Of a DNA stretch of 64,000 bases, positions 43,995 through 52,089 are shown piece by piece. The DNA is taken from the sequence record MH383160; one strand, written 5' to 3'. The first letter of the stretch is position 1. Each line of letters opens with the position of its first letter. The DNA comes from Escherichia phage UB. The notes beneath the pieces are model-generated. The model saw only the letters and a program-made list of their open reading frames with translations. It had not been told where the DNA came from and searched no databases. Position numbers and translations under genes: made by a program.

Positions 43995-44336
43995 TTATTC
44001 GAAATCTTCTGGACCGGACTGATAATCATCTTCACCGTATGCACTTTCTAACCGCTCACCAGTGTAATCATCAGTTAAGCTATCATCCTCATAGTTCACG
44101 TCTACGCCTGTGATGTAAAACTGGCTATCGTCTGGATCATTGAAATTAATTTTTTGGATGTTTACAATAACTGTATTGATGCCCAGGACACCGCCATCAG
44201 CCGTTACAAAGTACTGATAGTTTTCACAACCGCCTGAATTGAAACCGTAATTAATTTCGGCCCGACCATCATTTAAACGCAGTGCCTGGGCAATGATTTC
44301 ATTTTCAAAGTTAGATTGAGCAATTGAGATAGTCAT
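43995..44336 (-). CDS. hypothetical acidic protein
   Basis: ORF track 113 aa; AAGGAA RBS. Confidence 0.6.
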   Translation of the reverse strand: MTISIAQSNFENEIIAQALRLNDGRAEINYGFNSGGCENYQYFVTADGGVLGINTVIVNIQKINFNDPDDSQFYITGVDVNYEDDSLTDDYTGERLESAYGEDDYQSGPEDFE

Positions 44337-44387
44337 GATTCGTTTCCTTATTACCAGGGGAAACCGTTTCCCCTTGCGATGTAAAAC

Positions 44388-44415
44388 ATTATACGCTTAT
44401 TGAGATAGTTTGCAA
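44388..44415 (-). promoter_or_regulatory. sigma70-like promoter
   Basis: minus strand TTGCAA-N16-TATAAT. Confidence 0.5.
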
Positions 44416-44470
44416 GTACTTTTTAAAAATAGTTTTCAGTACTCAAACATTATACAATAGATACACTCCT

Positions 44471-44484
44471 GCACCCTGTGGGCT
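44471..44484. repeat. conserved intergenic box GCACCC-N3-GGGCT
   Basis: gcaccctgtgggct. Confidence 0.5.
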
Positions 44485-44520
44485 AGTGAGCTATCTCTCA
44501 ATGAATATATAATAGCAAAC

Positions 44521-44548
44521 TGGCTGACCGAAGTCAACCACTTTTTCA
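44521..44548. terminator. terminator-like hairpin
   Basis: TGGCTGAC-CGAA-GTCAACCA (one mismatch) followed by T-run; overlaps stop of 44546..44683. Confidence 0.4.
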
Positions 44549-44683
44549 TTTATTTTTAGCTTTTAGAATCGCCGCCTTTCGCGTCATGCCTTGCTTGATG
44601 TACTCATTTACTTTCGCTTTTTTAGCGTTTACCTTGTCTGCTTTCGTTTTAGGAGTACTGTAAATTATACCGTTAGGATTCAT
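44546..44683 (-). CDS. small basic hypothetical protein
   Basis: 45-aa Lys-rich ORF (MNPNGIIYSTPKTKADK...); below ORF-track cutoff. Confidence 0.4.
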   Translation of the reverse strand: MNPNGIIYSTPKTKADKVNAKKAKVNEYIKQGMTRKAAILKAKNK

Positions 44684-44773
44684 TTAAATCACCATAAAGA
44701 ATAGATAGGTTACTAACAATGCCGCGATCATTGCACCGACCAGGGCCGAACTGTAATAAGCTAATGATTTCAT
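44684..44773 (-). CDS. putative small hydrophobic (membrane) peptide
   Basis: 29-aa ORF MKSLAYYSSALVGAMIAALLVTYLFFMVI; ATGA overlap with upstream gene. Confidence 0.35.
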   Translation of the reverse strand: MKSLAYYSSALVGAMIAALLVTYLFFMVI

Positions 44774-44922
44774 TTTTTAGCCTGAAAATAATGTTTAATT
44801 TGAGCGGCGGTCAGTGCACAATTACGCAGGAAGTTTTCTGTATAACTGCGTCGAGTACTGAAAGAAAATTGACCTTTACCGTTCCCGATAGTAACATCAA
44901 ACCGAGCATTATATTGTTTCAT
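44770..44922 (-). CDS. hypothetical protein
   Basis: ORF track ORF trimmed to ATG 44922 (MKQYNARF) with AGGAGA RBS. Confidence 0.5.
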   Translation of the reverse strand: MKQYNARFDVTIGNGKGQFSFSTRRSYTENFLRNCALTAAQIKHYFQAKK

Positions 44923-44972
44923 TTTGTTTCTCCTGTTCTTGGGGAGAATCATTTCTCCCCTTCATGTAAACT

Positions 44973-45000
44973 ATTATACAGTACTAAAAACTAATTGCAA
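44973..45000 (-). promoter_or_regulatory. sigma70-like promoter
   Basis: minus strand TTGCAA-N16-TATAAT; hairpin GGGGAGAAATGATTCTCCCC. Confidence 0.5.
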
Positions 45001-45003
45001 GTA

Positions 45004-45150
45004 TTATTTTTTAGATTTACGTAAACTTTCTACCATCTCAGGAGTAAGCCCCAGCGGGTAGGAAACCACTTCATCCACAAAACGCAAAGGGAATACCCCA
45101 TCTAAAGTTGAACGTGCTTTCTTATTAGTACTCTTTTTTGATGCTTTCAT
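45004..45150 (-). CDS. small hypothetical protein
   Basis: 48-aa ORF (MKASKKSTNKKAR...) with AAGGAA RBS. Confidence 0.4.
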   Translation of the reverse strand: MKASKKSTNKKARSTLDGVFPLRFVDEVVSYPLGLTPEMVESLRKSKK

Positions 45151-45201
45151 TTCATATTCCTTAATTAGTGGGGAGAACTATTTCTCCACTTCATGTAAAC
45201 T

Positions 45202-45229
45202 ATTATACAGTACTAAAAACTAATTGCAA
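45202..45229 (-). promoter_or_regulatory. sigma70-like promoter
   Basis: minus strand TTGCAA-N16-TATAAT. Confidence 0.5.
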
Positions 45230-45429
45230 GTATTATTTTCTAAAAAATGTTTGTATGCTGAATCAACCACTCTTTCGATAACATACGCTAACGGCACGTA
45301 TCCAACTACATGACTACAATAAAAAGGACTACGATTAGAATCATCGTATGCAAATACTTTTTCAGGATCTGCATCAATCACATACATATTAACCTTTAAG
45401 ATGTCGATCTTATCCTGTACAGTAAGCAT
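45220..45429 (-). CDS. hypothetical protein
   Basis: ORF track 69 aa. Confidence 0.55.
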   Translation of the reverse strand: MLTVQDKIDILKVNMYVIDADPEKVFAYDDSNRSPFYCSHVVGYVPLAYVIERVVDSAYKHFLENNTCN

Positions 45430-45434
45430 ATTAA

Positions 45435-45707
45435 TTAACCTTTTAAGTACTGGCTTAAGTAGTCTTTTTGATCTTCGGTGATTGCAGTCATCTTCCCTAG
45501 TACTGGGTTGATGATATAATCCCCTGTAACGTCCTGTGACGCATTCTCAGGGTGTTTAACGGCTGGGGTAGCCATAGCCATTGCCTGGACTTGTTCGACG
45601 CTGTAACGCTCATAAAGGCGGCATTCTTCCGGTGTTAACATAGCATCAGTACGCTTCATCGGTTTAATGATGCTTTCGATCTCATTCAGTACTTGATTAA
45701 CGTTCAT
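45435..45707 (-). CDS. hypothetical protein
   Basis: ORF track 90 aa. Confidence 0.6.
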   Translation of the reverse strand: MNVNQVLNEIESIIKPMKRTDAMLTPEECRLYERYSVEQVQAMAMATPAVKHPENASQDVTGDYIINPVLGKMTAITEDQKDYLSQYLKG

Positions 45708-45758
45708 GGTATAATCCCCAATATAAGCGGCCTAAAACGACCGCTAACGATGTTTTGA

Positions 45759-46028
45759 TTAATAGGTGTAAGGTTGACGCTCAAACAATGATTGCACGTT
45801 GTACGCCCCGCTAATGGGCTTTGCTGGCAAATCGATTTTATATTGTTCACGCTTAAAGATAATAAAACGGCAATTGTTTTTAACATCAAAATTGATTGAA
45901 CGTTCCAGGAGTTTTCCATCGTGCACAAATACAAGATAACCGCTTGGTACTTGTTTTGTAGTACTGGTTGCAACCATAGACCGACGAACATGAGTACCTG
46001 CATCGATTAAAGTACTGATATTTTTCAT
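45759..46028 (-). CDS. hypothetical protein
   Basis: ORF track 89 aa; AAGGAA RBS and promoter module upstream; preferred over overlapping frame 45704..46003. Confidence 0.55.
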   Translation of the reverse strand: MKNISTLIDAGTHVRRSMVATSTTKQVPSGYLVFVHDGKLLERSINFDVKNNCRFIIFKREQYKIDLPAKPISGAYNVQSLFERQPYTY

Positions 46029-46059
46029 TTTAGTTTCCTTAGTTGTCTTGATAAAATCT

Positions 46060-46088
46060 ATTATGCCAGTACTATCAAACTATGTCAA
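46060..46088 (-). promoter_or_regulatory. sigma70-like promoter
   Basis: minus strand TTGACA-N17-CATAAT. Confidence 0.5.
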
Positions 46089-46107
46089 TAGTACTGTGAT
46101 AATATTT

Positions 46108-46251
46108 TTACTTACTTTTTGCTTTCTTAATTGCTTCCACCTGGTCGGCCCATTCTTTACCCCATACTTGTAAATTATAATGGTACTGGCAAAGAGCAAC
46201 GCCCCGCTTTAAACCAGTAATAGATTTTTTACCACATTGACAAGTTTTCAT
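46108..46251 (-). CDS. small hypothetical protein with CxC...CxxH
   Basis: 47-aa ORF MKTCQCGKK...CQYH; AAGGAA RBS. Confidence 0.4.
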   Translation of the reverse strand: MKTCQCGKKSITGLKRGVALCQYHYNLQVWGKEWADQVEAIKKAKSK

Positions 46252-46300
46252 ATTAGTTTCCTTGTAGTGGGGAGAATCATTTCTCCCCTTGATGTAATGT

Positions 46301-46328
46301 ATTATACTTTATTCGATTTACTTTGCAA
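46301..46328 (-). promoter_or_regulatory. sigma70-like promoter
   Basis: minus strand TTGCAA-N16-TATAAT. Confidence 0.5.
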
Positions 46329-46336
46329 GTACTTTT

Positions 46337-46564
46337 TTAATTTAATTCATCCAGGCAAAGGATACGCTCAACGCCCAAATCAGTTAAACTAATGGTCGGC
46401 ACTTGATAGGTTTCAATGTATGCTACAGTTGCCCACTGACCGAACTCATTAACGGCCCAGGTATTCATTGCATTTTGCAATTCCGCACCTGCCTTGTTAG
46501 TAATGACTGCAACTACTTGTTCGTTGCCAGTAGTACCAGATACGCGAGTAATGATAATAGCCAT
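46337..46564 (-). CDS. hypothetical protein
   Basis: ORF trimmed to ATG 46564 (MAIIITRVSG) with AAGGAA RBS; upstream codons are translated 5'UTR. Confidence 0.55.
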   Translation of the reverse strand: MAIIITRVSGTTGNEQVVAVITNKAGAELQNAMNTWAVNEFGQWATVAYIETYQVPTISLTDLGVERILCLDELN

Positions 46565-46619
46565 TGTTTTGATTCCTTTGATTTGGAAGGAGAACCGTTT
46601 TCCCCTCTCGATGTAAAAC

Positions 46620-46647
46620 ATTATACGCTAATCTATTAATCATGCAA
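46620..46647 (-). promoter_or_regulatory. sigma70-like promoter
   Basis: minus strand TTGCAT-N16-TATAAT. Confidence 0.55.
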
Positions 46648-46799
46648 GTACTTTTTATTACTTTTTGCAAAATACTTTAAACGCTCTCAATCGCATTCTA
46701 ACGACCTTAACGCCACCAGCTAGGGCGATGTATCAGATAATCAGTTTAATGCGTTAGAATCGATTATAGGCGGTGCTAGTGGACTGGAATACTATAGAC

Positions 46800-46827
46800 A
46801 CAAAAAAGCCCACTGTTTAAGGTGGGC
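46800..46827 (-). terminator. intrinsic terminator
   Basis: minus strand hairpin AGCCCAC-CTTAAACA-GTGGGCT followed by U6; after stop of 46850..47332. Confidence 0.6.
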
Positions 46828-46849
46828 TATTGATTCAGTACTTTAATTG

Positions 46850-47332
46850 TTATGCTTCAACTTTGCGATGAGCTTCGATCCATTCCTCGCGAGTCATACC
46901 GCTTTCTTTGATAGCGTCCAGTACTACCGCAATGCAGTTACCGCGTACAGGAATCAAATGTTCTTCACCGTTATCAAGTACTACAGTAACACGTTCTTGA
47001 ATCCATTTTTTAGGTTTAGATTCTGGCTTATCTTCACCATACTTAACCGCCAGGGCTTTATGTGCCATTTCTACAACTACTTCCAGATCCAATCCAGACA
47101 CTGCCGCCTGGATACTGTCAATTGTTGCTTGCAGTTCGGCTTCACGGGCTTTTTTCTGTTCTTCCAGTTCTGCTACCTTTTTGGCTTGTAATTCTTTCGC
47201 TTCACTGTACGCAATGTTAAAATTGTTGCGTACTGCTTTCATGGTATCGTTATCCAGGTCAGCCAGCAATTCAGCAGCAATAACAGTATCGTTTGAAATC
47301 AGTGCTTTCAGGAATGATTTTACATTAGCCAT
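46850..47332 (-). CDS. hypothetical protein (Lys/Glu-rich, likely coiled coil)
   Basis: ORF trimmed to ATG 47332 (MANVKSFL) with GAGGAT RBS. Confidence 0.6.
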   Translation of the reverse strand: MANVKSFLKALISNDTVIAAELLADLDNDTMKAVRNNFNIAYSEAKELQAKKVAELEEQKKAREAELQATIDSIQAAVSGLDLEVVVEMAHKALAVKYGEDKPESKPKKWIQERVTVVLDNGEEHLIPVRGNCIAVVLDAIKESGMTREEWIEAHRKVEA

Positions 47333-47455
47333 TTTATAAATCCTCAATTAAAGTTTAGTTTACGTTTATTAGTGTATCAAAGTTTTTTTGACGTGTCCAG
47401 TTTTTCGTTCGACTTACTGGCGGTCTACTTAGTGCTCCCCGTCTTGATGTAATAC

Positions 47456-47483
47456 ATTCTACGCCTTTTTGCGGTATTGTCAA
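47456..47483 (-). promoter_or_regulatory. sigma70-like promoter
   Basis: minus strand TTGACA-N16-TAGAAT; ~110-nt leader. Confidence 0.45.
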
Positions 47484-47534
47484 CTACTTTTTTAAAACTA
47501 TTTTCAAAGTATCTCAGTACTACAATACTACAAA

Positions 47535-47564
47535 AATAAAAAAGCCCACTGTTTAAGGTGGGCT
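47535..47564 (-). terminator. intrinsic terminator
   Basis: second copy of AGCCCAC...GTGGGCT hairpin followed by U-rich run; after stop of 47582..47881. Confidence 0.6.
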
Positions 47565-47581
47565 AGTGATTCAGTACTATA

Positions 47582-47881
47582 TTATAAACAGTTAATTACT
47601 CCGGTGTGCGTTACTTTCTCAGTATCCATAACCGTGACCGATCCACGCTTAGTACTTGCATCATAATAAATTGTTGTGCTACCGTTTTCGTCTTCTTCAT
47701 GGAACGGGCCGTTTTTAAATGCTTCTGGTTGGATCTCTAAATCCTTTAAAACAATCTCGCCCGTACTTTCATTGGTCATCGCAACAGTGCACTGAATGAA
47801 TTTTTCACTACTCACATCTAACGACGCATTAACAGCGAAAGAGGAAACAGATAAAGCCAGGGCGATGATTGCAATTTTCAT
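47582..47881 (-). CDS. putative secreted protein with N-terminal signal peptide
   Basis: ORF track 99 aa; MKIAIIALALSVSSFAVNA-SLD signal-peptide-like N-terminus; AAGGAT RBS. Confidence 0.6.
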   Translation of the reverse strand: MKIAIIALALSVSSFAVNASLDVSSEKFIQCTVAMTNESTGEIVLKDLEIQPEAFKNGPFHEEDENGSTTIYYDASTKRGSVTVMDTEKVTHTGVINCL

Positions 47882-47932
47882 TTGATTATCCTTAGTTACT
47901 AGGGGGAACCTCTCCCCCGTGCTATGTAAAAT

Positions 47933-47960
47933 ATTATACAGTACTAAAAACTAATTGCAA
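47933..47960 (-). promoter_or_regulatory. sigma70-like promoter
   Basis: minus strand TTGCAA-N16-TATAAT. Confidence 0.55.
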
Positions 47961-47965
47961 GTACT

Positions 47966-48202
47966 TTATGATTTTTTATAAAACATTTCGGCAGTGATAT
48001 TTTTACCCGTTGGTTGTACTTTATCCAGAATTTTTTGATGCCCAGGCCGTCCAAATGAATATGATCCGTAAACCGTAAACCAGTAGTTACCCTCAGTGTT
48101 TACATGTACAGCACAATAGGGAACGCCCCGCGATTCATCACTAGTAAAGTGTGCTACCGTTCCCGTTACATTCGAAGTCGTTGATTTGATTTGTTCAAGC
48201 AT
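47966..48202 (-). CDS. hypothetical protein
   Basis: ORF track 78 aa; AAGGAA RBS. Confidence 0.55.
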   Translation of the reverse strand: MLEQIKSTTSNVTGTVAHFTSDESRGVPYCAVHVNTEGNYWFTVYGSYSFGRPGHQKILDKVQPTGKNITAEMFYKKS

Positions 48203-48249
48203 TTTCTTATTCCTTAGTTACCAGGGGAACCGCTCCCCCTATGCAAAAC

Positions 48250-48277
48250 ATTATACGCGTTTAAAAACTAATAGCAA
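48250..48277 (-). promoter_or_regulatory. sigma70-like promoter
   Basis: minus strand TTGCTA-N16-TATAAT. Confidence 0.5.
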
Positions 48278-48310
48278 GTATTTTAATAAAAAGTATTTGA
48301 AAAATAATTG

Positions 48311-48339
48311 TTGACAACTGCATCCAGTACTGGCATAAT
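48311..48339 (+). promoter_or_regulatory. sigma70-like promoter on plus strand (divergent)
   Basis: plus strand TTGACA-N17-CATAAT; no plus-strand ORF downstream. Confidence 0.4.
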
Positions 48340-48345
48340 ACTTAT

Positions 48346-48453
48346 ATAAAGACGATACAGTCACTAACCCACAGGGTGCCGAGATCCGTCTATTAAATGA
48401 TTCAGTACTGAAAAAGTAACGGGGAGTTATTATCTCCCCGCGTTGTTATTTGG
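48346..48453 (+). ncRNA. candidate small non-coding RNA
   Basis: ~105 nt between plus-strand promoter and hairpin GGGGAG-TTATTA-CTCCCC (48421..48439) with U-rich tail; contains ACCCACAGGGTGC box; no ORF. Confidence 0.3.
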
Positions 48454-48667
48454 TAAGGTATAAACAGAAGTCACCTTTATTTGCTACGCCGCCAGTGTAA
48501 CGCGATGAATAGTTAGAAATATCTTGTACTTCTGCTATTACCAGTGTATCATCATTCATTTCGTCGCAGAAGCAAACGGCTGGATCTTTAACGCCGATAT
48601 TGTCGGCATGTTCCCGCATAGATTTAACCAGTGCTTCCAGTTGAGAAAGAGTAGTGATATTAGCCAT
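48446..48667 (-). CDS. hypothetical protein
   Basis: ORF trimmed to ATG 48667 (MANITTLSQ) with GAGGAA RBS. Confidence 0.55.
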   Translation of the reverse strand: MANITTLSQLEALVKSMREHADNIGVKDPAVCFCDEMNDDTLVIAEVQDISNYSSRYTGGVANKGDFCLYLTK

Positions 48668-48717
48668 TGTATTTTCCTCATTACCAGGGAGAACCATTTC
48701 TCCCCTCTATGTAAAAC

Positions 48718-48745
48718 ATTATACAGTACTAAAAACTAATTGCAA
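48718..48745 (-). promoter_or_regulatory. sigma70-like promoter
   Basis: minus strand TTGCAA-N16-TATAAT. Confidence 0.55.
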
Positions 48746-48752
48746 GTACTTT

Positions 48753-48941
48753 TTAATTAAATTCCATAAAATCATTCTCAACGTGCACAACAATCTGATT
48801 ATTTTTAAAGTCCGCAGAAAACTCAATACAATCATATACTGCTTTTTCTGTTACCATACTATGAGTACCAATCGGATTAATAGGGGATTGAATTGTTTCA
48901 ATCTCGTTACCTTGTTCATTAACAATTAAAATATTAAACAT
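48753..48941 (-). CDS. hypothetical protein
   Basis: ORF track 62 aa; AGGAG RBS. Confidence 0.55.
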   Translation of the reverse strand: MFNILIVNEQGNEIETIQSPINPIGTHSMVTEKAVYDCIEFSADFKNNQIVVHVENDFMEFN

Positions 48942-48978
48942 AACTTTTACTCCTGATAGTGTTTACCTGATATAAAGT

Positions 48979-49006
48979 ATTATACGCCTTTATTGCTTAG
49001 TGTCCA
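48979..49006 (-). promoter_or_regulatory. sigma70-like promoter
   Basis: minus strand TGGACA-N16-TATAAT. Confidence 0.45.
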
Positions 49007-49203
49007 GTACTTTTTAAAACATAATCAAAGACACTTCTCACATCATTGATCATCGCCTGGCGGTTAGCAGGTAAAGCATCAGGATCACCACTATCCCAAG
49101 CCTGTATGAAGCCTCCAAGCTCTGAATAAACTTTATTACGCAATCCGATTAACTGTAATTCTTTTTCTTCAAGCTCTTTGATACGTTCAATTAAATCACT
49201 CAT
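48997..49203 (-). CDS. hypothetical protein
   Basis: ORF trimmed to ATG 49203 (MSDLIERIKELEEKE) with AAGGAT RBS. Confidence 0.55.
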   Translation of the reverse strand: MSDLIERIKELEEKELQLIGLRNKVYSELGGFIQAWDSGDPDALPANRQAMINDVRSVFDYVLKSTGH

Positions 49204-49220
49204 TAGATAATCCTTAGTAC

Positions 49221-49508
49221 TTAACTGTAAGATCCGCAACGGTCGCAGTAGTGCCCGTCTTCCTCGTCATCGTCAACGAATTGCCCGACGAAATGATCTA
49301 CTTTCGCTTTCAGGTTATTATAATCGTTTTCTACTTCCTTTAATCGTTCCTGGTAGTATTCCAGTGCCTCAAGATACGCCGCCTCAGCAGTTTTTGCACG
49401 CATAGCTAAATTCATGCCACGCGATTCATCATAAAGCCAATAACCATCAGTGCACTGGCTAATAGATAATGACTTGCTTAATACTGTATAGCTAATTACT
49501 TTGCTCAT
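49221..49508 (-). CDS. hypothetical protein
   Basis: ORF trimmed to ATG 49508 (MSKVISYTVL) with GAGGAA RBS; C-terminal HYCDRCGSYS. Confidence 0.55.
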   Translation of the reverse strand: MSKVISYTVLSKSLSISQCTDGYWLYDESRGMNLAMRAKTAEAAYLEALEYYQERLKEVENDYNNLKAKVDHFVGQFVDDDEEDGHYCDRCGSYS

Positions 49509-49526
49509 TAGATATTCCTCAGTAAA

Positions 49527-49546
49527 GGCGGGAACCATTCCCCGCC
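49527..49546 (-). other. intercistronic GC hairpin
   Basis: GGCGGG-N8-CCCGCC between 49564..50175 and 49221..49508; no promoter in this gap. Confidence 0.4.
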
Positions 49547-49563
49547 ATTATCTCAGTACTAAA

Positions 49564-50175
49564 TTAATATGCGATTGATTCTACTACGCCATCAATAACA
49601 TTGAATTGATACTCGTTACCCTCGATCAGTGCCGTGATGTTCTCAGTAGTGAATTGATCCTCATATGCATTCTCTAAATCACGGTACAACTTGCGGGATA
49701 ATTCACGAATAGTTTCAGTGAGTAGTTCCTCAAGCTCATTAACTAACGTTTCTTGTTTTGCGGTTAAATCAGTGTAAGCCGATTCAATGTACCCGCTTAC
49801 AGTATTCTCATGCGAGTAGTGGGAGTGAGAACGCTTTACACTCATCGGCAAATCATCTTCATTCAGCAGGTGACGGATTGAGCGATACTTAGTTAATGCT
49901 CTTACCTTGCGTAAAAACTTCACTGCGTCAACGTGGTCAGTACTGATTGATGCACCGTCACCTTGCGACCAAAAACCACTGAATCGTAAATCTGCGTCAT
50001 TAATGCCATATTCCGGTAGTACTGTTTCTTTATAGTATTCAATTTCACTTTCAGAAAAATAATCATCGTTTAAGTTTTTTTCACGTTCCCGAACCAGTTC
50101 GATAGCTGACGTTTGTTGTTCTGCGTTCAATTCAGAAAAAGCCATAACATAAGTAGTAGTAGTGATAGTTTTCAT
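49564..50175 (-). CDS. hypothetical acidic protein
   Basis: ORF track 203 aa; GAGGGT RBS. Confidence 0.6.
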   Translation of the reverse strand: MKTITTTTYVMAFSELNAEQQTSAIELVREREKNLNDDYFSESEIEYYKETVLPEYGINDADLRFSGFWSQGDGASISTDHVDAVKFLRKVRALTKYRSIRHLLNEDDLPMSVKRSHSHYSHENTVSGYIESAYTDLTAKQETLVNELEELLTETIRELSRKLYRDLENAYEDQFTTENITALIEGNEYQFNVIDGVVESIAY

Positions 50176-50207
50176 TTTGTAACCCTCATTCAGTAGTTGA
50201 TGTAAGT

Positions 50208-50235
50208 ATTATACGCTTTTAAAAACAATTGTCAA
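50208..50235 (-). promoter_or_regulatory. sigma70-like promoter
   Basis: minus strand TTGACA-N16-TATAAT. Confidence 0.55.
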
Positions 50236-50317
50236 ACTATTTTATCAGGGGAGTTTTTCGTGTGCCTTACTCCTGGGCTACTTAACGGGGAGTTACTTAT
50301 TTCGTCCCCCGTCCTGA
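50236..50317 (-). repeat. ~80-nt structured non-coding unit between tandem promoters (copy 2)
   Basis: near-identical to 40277..40358, with the same flanking promoter arrangement. Confidence 0.4.
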
Positions 50318-50325
50318 TGTAAAAC

Positions 50326-50353
50326 ATTATACGCCTTTAAACATAGTTTGCAA
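50326..50353 (-). promoter_or_regulatory. sigma70-like promoter
   Basis: minus strand TTGCAA-N16-TATAAT. Confidence 0.5.
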
Positions 50354-50402
50354 GTACTTTTTGAAAAATAGTTTTTAATCACTTTTATATAGATACACTC
50401 CC

Positions 50403-50416
50403 GCACCCTATGGGCT
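50403..50416. repeat. conserved intergenic box GCACCC-N3-GGGCT
   Basis: gcaccctatgggct; here followed by a different hairpin CCGGCTT-N17-AAGCCGG (50429..50459). Confidence 0.45.
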
Positions 50417-50476
50417 ATCGCCTTGTGTCCGGCTTGTAAGTATTATCTCACTAAGCCGGATAATGGTCAAGTACTT

Positions 50477-50743
50477 TTATTCAAGTACTGCTATCTTTTT
50501 AGTACTGTACACAGTAACACGGTTGCCCTTGCGGTCGTGCTTTATTTCTACCACTCGACGCGATACACTATCAGGACTTTTTAACGCCGATAACCAGTAC
50601 TGTAAGGATCTGGCTGTACTTTGCTTTACTACCGCCCAACGTTTACCACGTTCCGATTGCACGCCCATATCTTTAAACGTTGCCCCGTCCTGGCGAGCGG
50701 CGATCCGAGCTTGTTCACGCGTTGCAAAGTATATAATATTCAT
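50477..50743 (-). CDS. hypothetical protein, FATRE...HDRKGNRVTVYS paralog
   Basis: ORF trimmed to ATG 50743 (MNIIYFATREQARIAARQDGATFKDMG); paralog of 38767..39162. Confidence 0.55.
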   Translation of the reverse strand: MNIIYFATREQARIAARQDGATFKDMGVQSERGKRWAVVKQSTARSLQYWLSALKSPDSVSRRVVEIKHDRKGNRVTVYSTKKIAVLE

Positions 50744-50825
50744 GCTGTTATCCCATCGTTGATGTATGAATAAAATCCTATTATAAAGTACTATCACCGT
50801 GCAATAGTACTTTAAATAAATTCTA

Positions 50826-51065
50826 TTACATTCCAACCATTGCAGCACGGATCGCCGTAGTGCTATATTTGAATCCGTCCGGCGTTTTATCTTGTCCAGT
50901 CTGTTCTAAAAATAGCATCATATGACGGGCCGCATCATTGCGATTAGTGTTAGCGGCAATAAAGTCCTGGGCCAACCGGTATAATGATTCATCGTTATTA
51001 ATCCAAAGGCTTACATTCCATTGAGTTTTGTTAGCGTGACCTAAGAACATTTTTGATTTAGCCAT
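50826..51065 (-). CDS. hypothetical protein
   Basis: ORF track 79 aa; GAGGAT RBS. Confidence 0.55.
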   Translation of the reverse strand: MAKSKMFLGHANKTQWNVSLWINNDESLYRLAQDFIAANTNRNDAARHMMLFLEQTGQDKTPDGFKYSTTAIRAAMVGM

Positions 51066-51120
51066 TTTTAAATCCTCGTTTGATTTGAGGCGGGAATAGT
51101 TCCCGCTCTCGATGTAAAGT

Positions 51121-51148
51121 ATTATACGCTATTTGTTAGTACTGTCAA
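51121..51148 (-). promoter_or_regulatory. sigma70-like promoter
   Basis: minus strand TTGACA-N16-TATAAT. Confidence 0.55.
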
Positions 51149-51163
51149 ACTACTTTTTAAAAC

Positions 51164-51526
51164 TTATTCGTAAATCTTGCCACTGTCAGCCCATACCAGG
51201 AAACGAGGCATATTATCCCATGCATCTTGTTTTAAATTTAAACCGTGTAATACTTCTGTACTTTCCATTCCTGGTACTGGTTTACTATACACCGCGAACA
51301 ATTCACCCATATACTGATAAGCCATCGTTAAATCACTTGCGATCATCTTATGGATCATCGCATCAAGCATCACGGTAGCGGCGTATTGTTCACGCTTAAG
51401 CGGTAACATTGCAATAAGTTCCCGATAAGCTGAAATGTGAATTTTTACCGTTTCTGCCGGAAGATCTTTCATCTCGTCGCGGAAGTTAACCAGGTTAGCA
51501 ATAATTTTATTGATTTGAGTAGCCAT
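51164..51526 (-). CDS. hypothetical protein
   Basis: ORF trimmed to ATG 51526 (MATQINKIIANL); first gene of the early-like block. Confidence 0.6.
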   Translation of the reverse strand: MATQINKIIANLVNFRDEMKDLPAETVKIHISAYRELIAMLPLKREQYAATVMLDAMIHKMIASDLTMAYQYMGELFAVYSKPVPGMESTEVLHGLNLKQDAWDNMPRFLVWADSGKIYE

Positions 51527-51581
51527 CGTTTTAATCTCTCTTAAAGTGTAGCGGGAAGTGTTCCCGCTCTCGATGTAAAAC

Positions 51582-51609
51582 ATTCTACACCTTTCCCAAT
51601 ACTTTGCAA
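51582..51609 (-). promoter_or_regulatory. sigma70-like promoter
   Basis: minus strand TTGCAA-N16-TAGAAT. Confidence 0.5.
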
Positions 51610-51845
51610 GTACTTTCTACAAATACTTTTAAAATAGTTTTCTTTCTATATAGGAGTACTATCATTCAGTACTGCTACACTAGAATCAATCAACCAAATC
51701 ACTACTATACCCCATAAAACGGCCTCAGACGCATTCTAACGCATTAATACACCTAAGCTATACATTTGCACCGCCACCAGCTAACCAGGGCTTTACGATG
51801 CGTTTAAACGCGTTAAATTATTTTCAATTATTTTGTTTTTTGCTA

Positions 51846-51873
51846 TTGACTCAGTACTAAAAAAGCGTATAAT
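51846..51873 (+). promoter_or_regulatory. sigma70-like promoter on plus strand
   Basis: plus strand TTGACT-N16-TATAAT, directed toward the iteron region; no ORF downstream. Confidence 0.4.
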
Positions 51874-52061
51874 TACTACATAGACGCGAGAAAGCGGATA
51901 TCCCAAGGGGTGCGGAATTGTGCCCAAAATTCAAGATATAAAAAAAAGGATACACTCCCGCACCCTAGCAGGTCAAAGCACTTTCTCAGTACTGAATCAT
52001 AGTACCATAGTACGCCCCAGGATGGCAAGCAAATTAATTAAAACTTTTTTCATCCAGGGTA

Positions 52062-52089
52062 TTGCTTTATTTTTCCAGTACTGTATAAT
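52062..52089 (+). promoter_or_regulatory. sigma70-like promoter on plus strand
   Basis: plus strand TTGCTT-N16-TATAAT followed by AGCCCACCGGGTGC box (52116..52129). Confidence 0.4.

Noticed and set aside
45704-46003. 99-aa minus-strand ORF overlapping 45759..46028 in another frame
   Set aside because: The 45759..46028 frame has the promoter module and AAGGAA RBS; the overlapping frame has neither.
46847-47191. 114-aa plus-strand ORF
   Set aside because: Antisense to 46850..47332, which has a strong RBS and a terminator.
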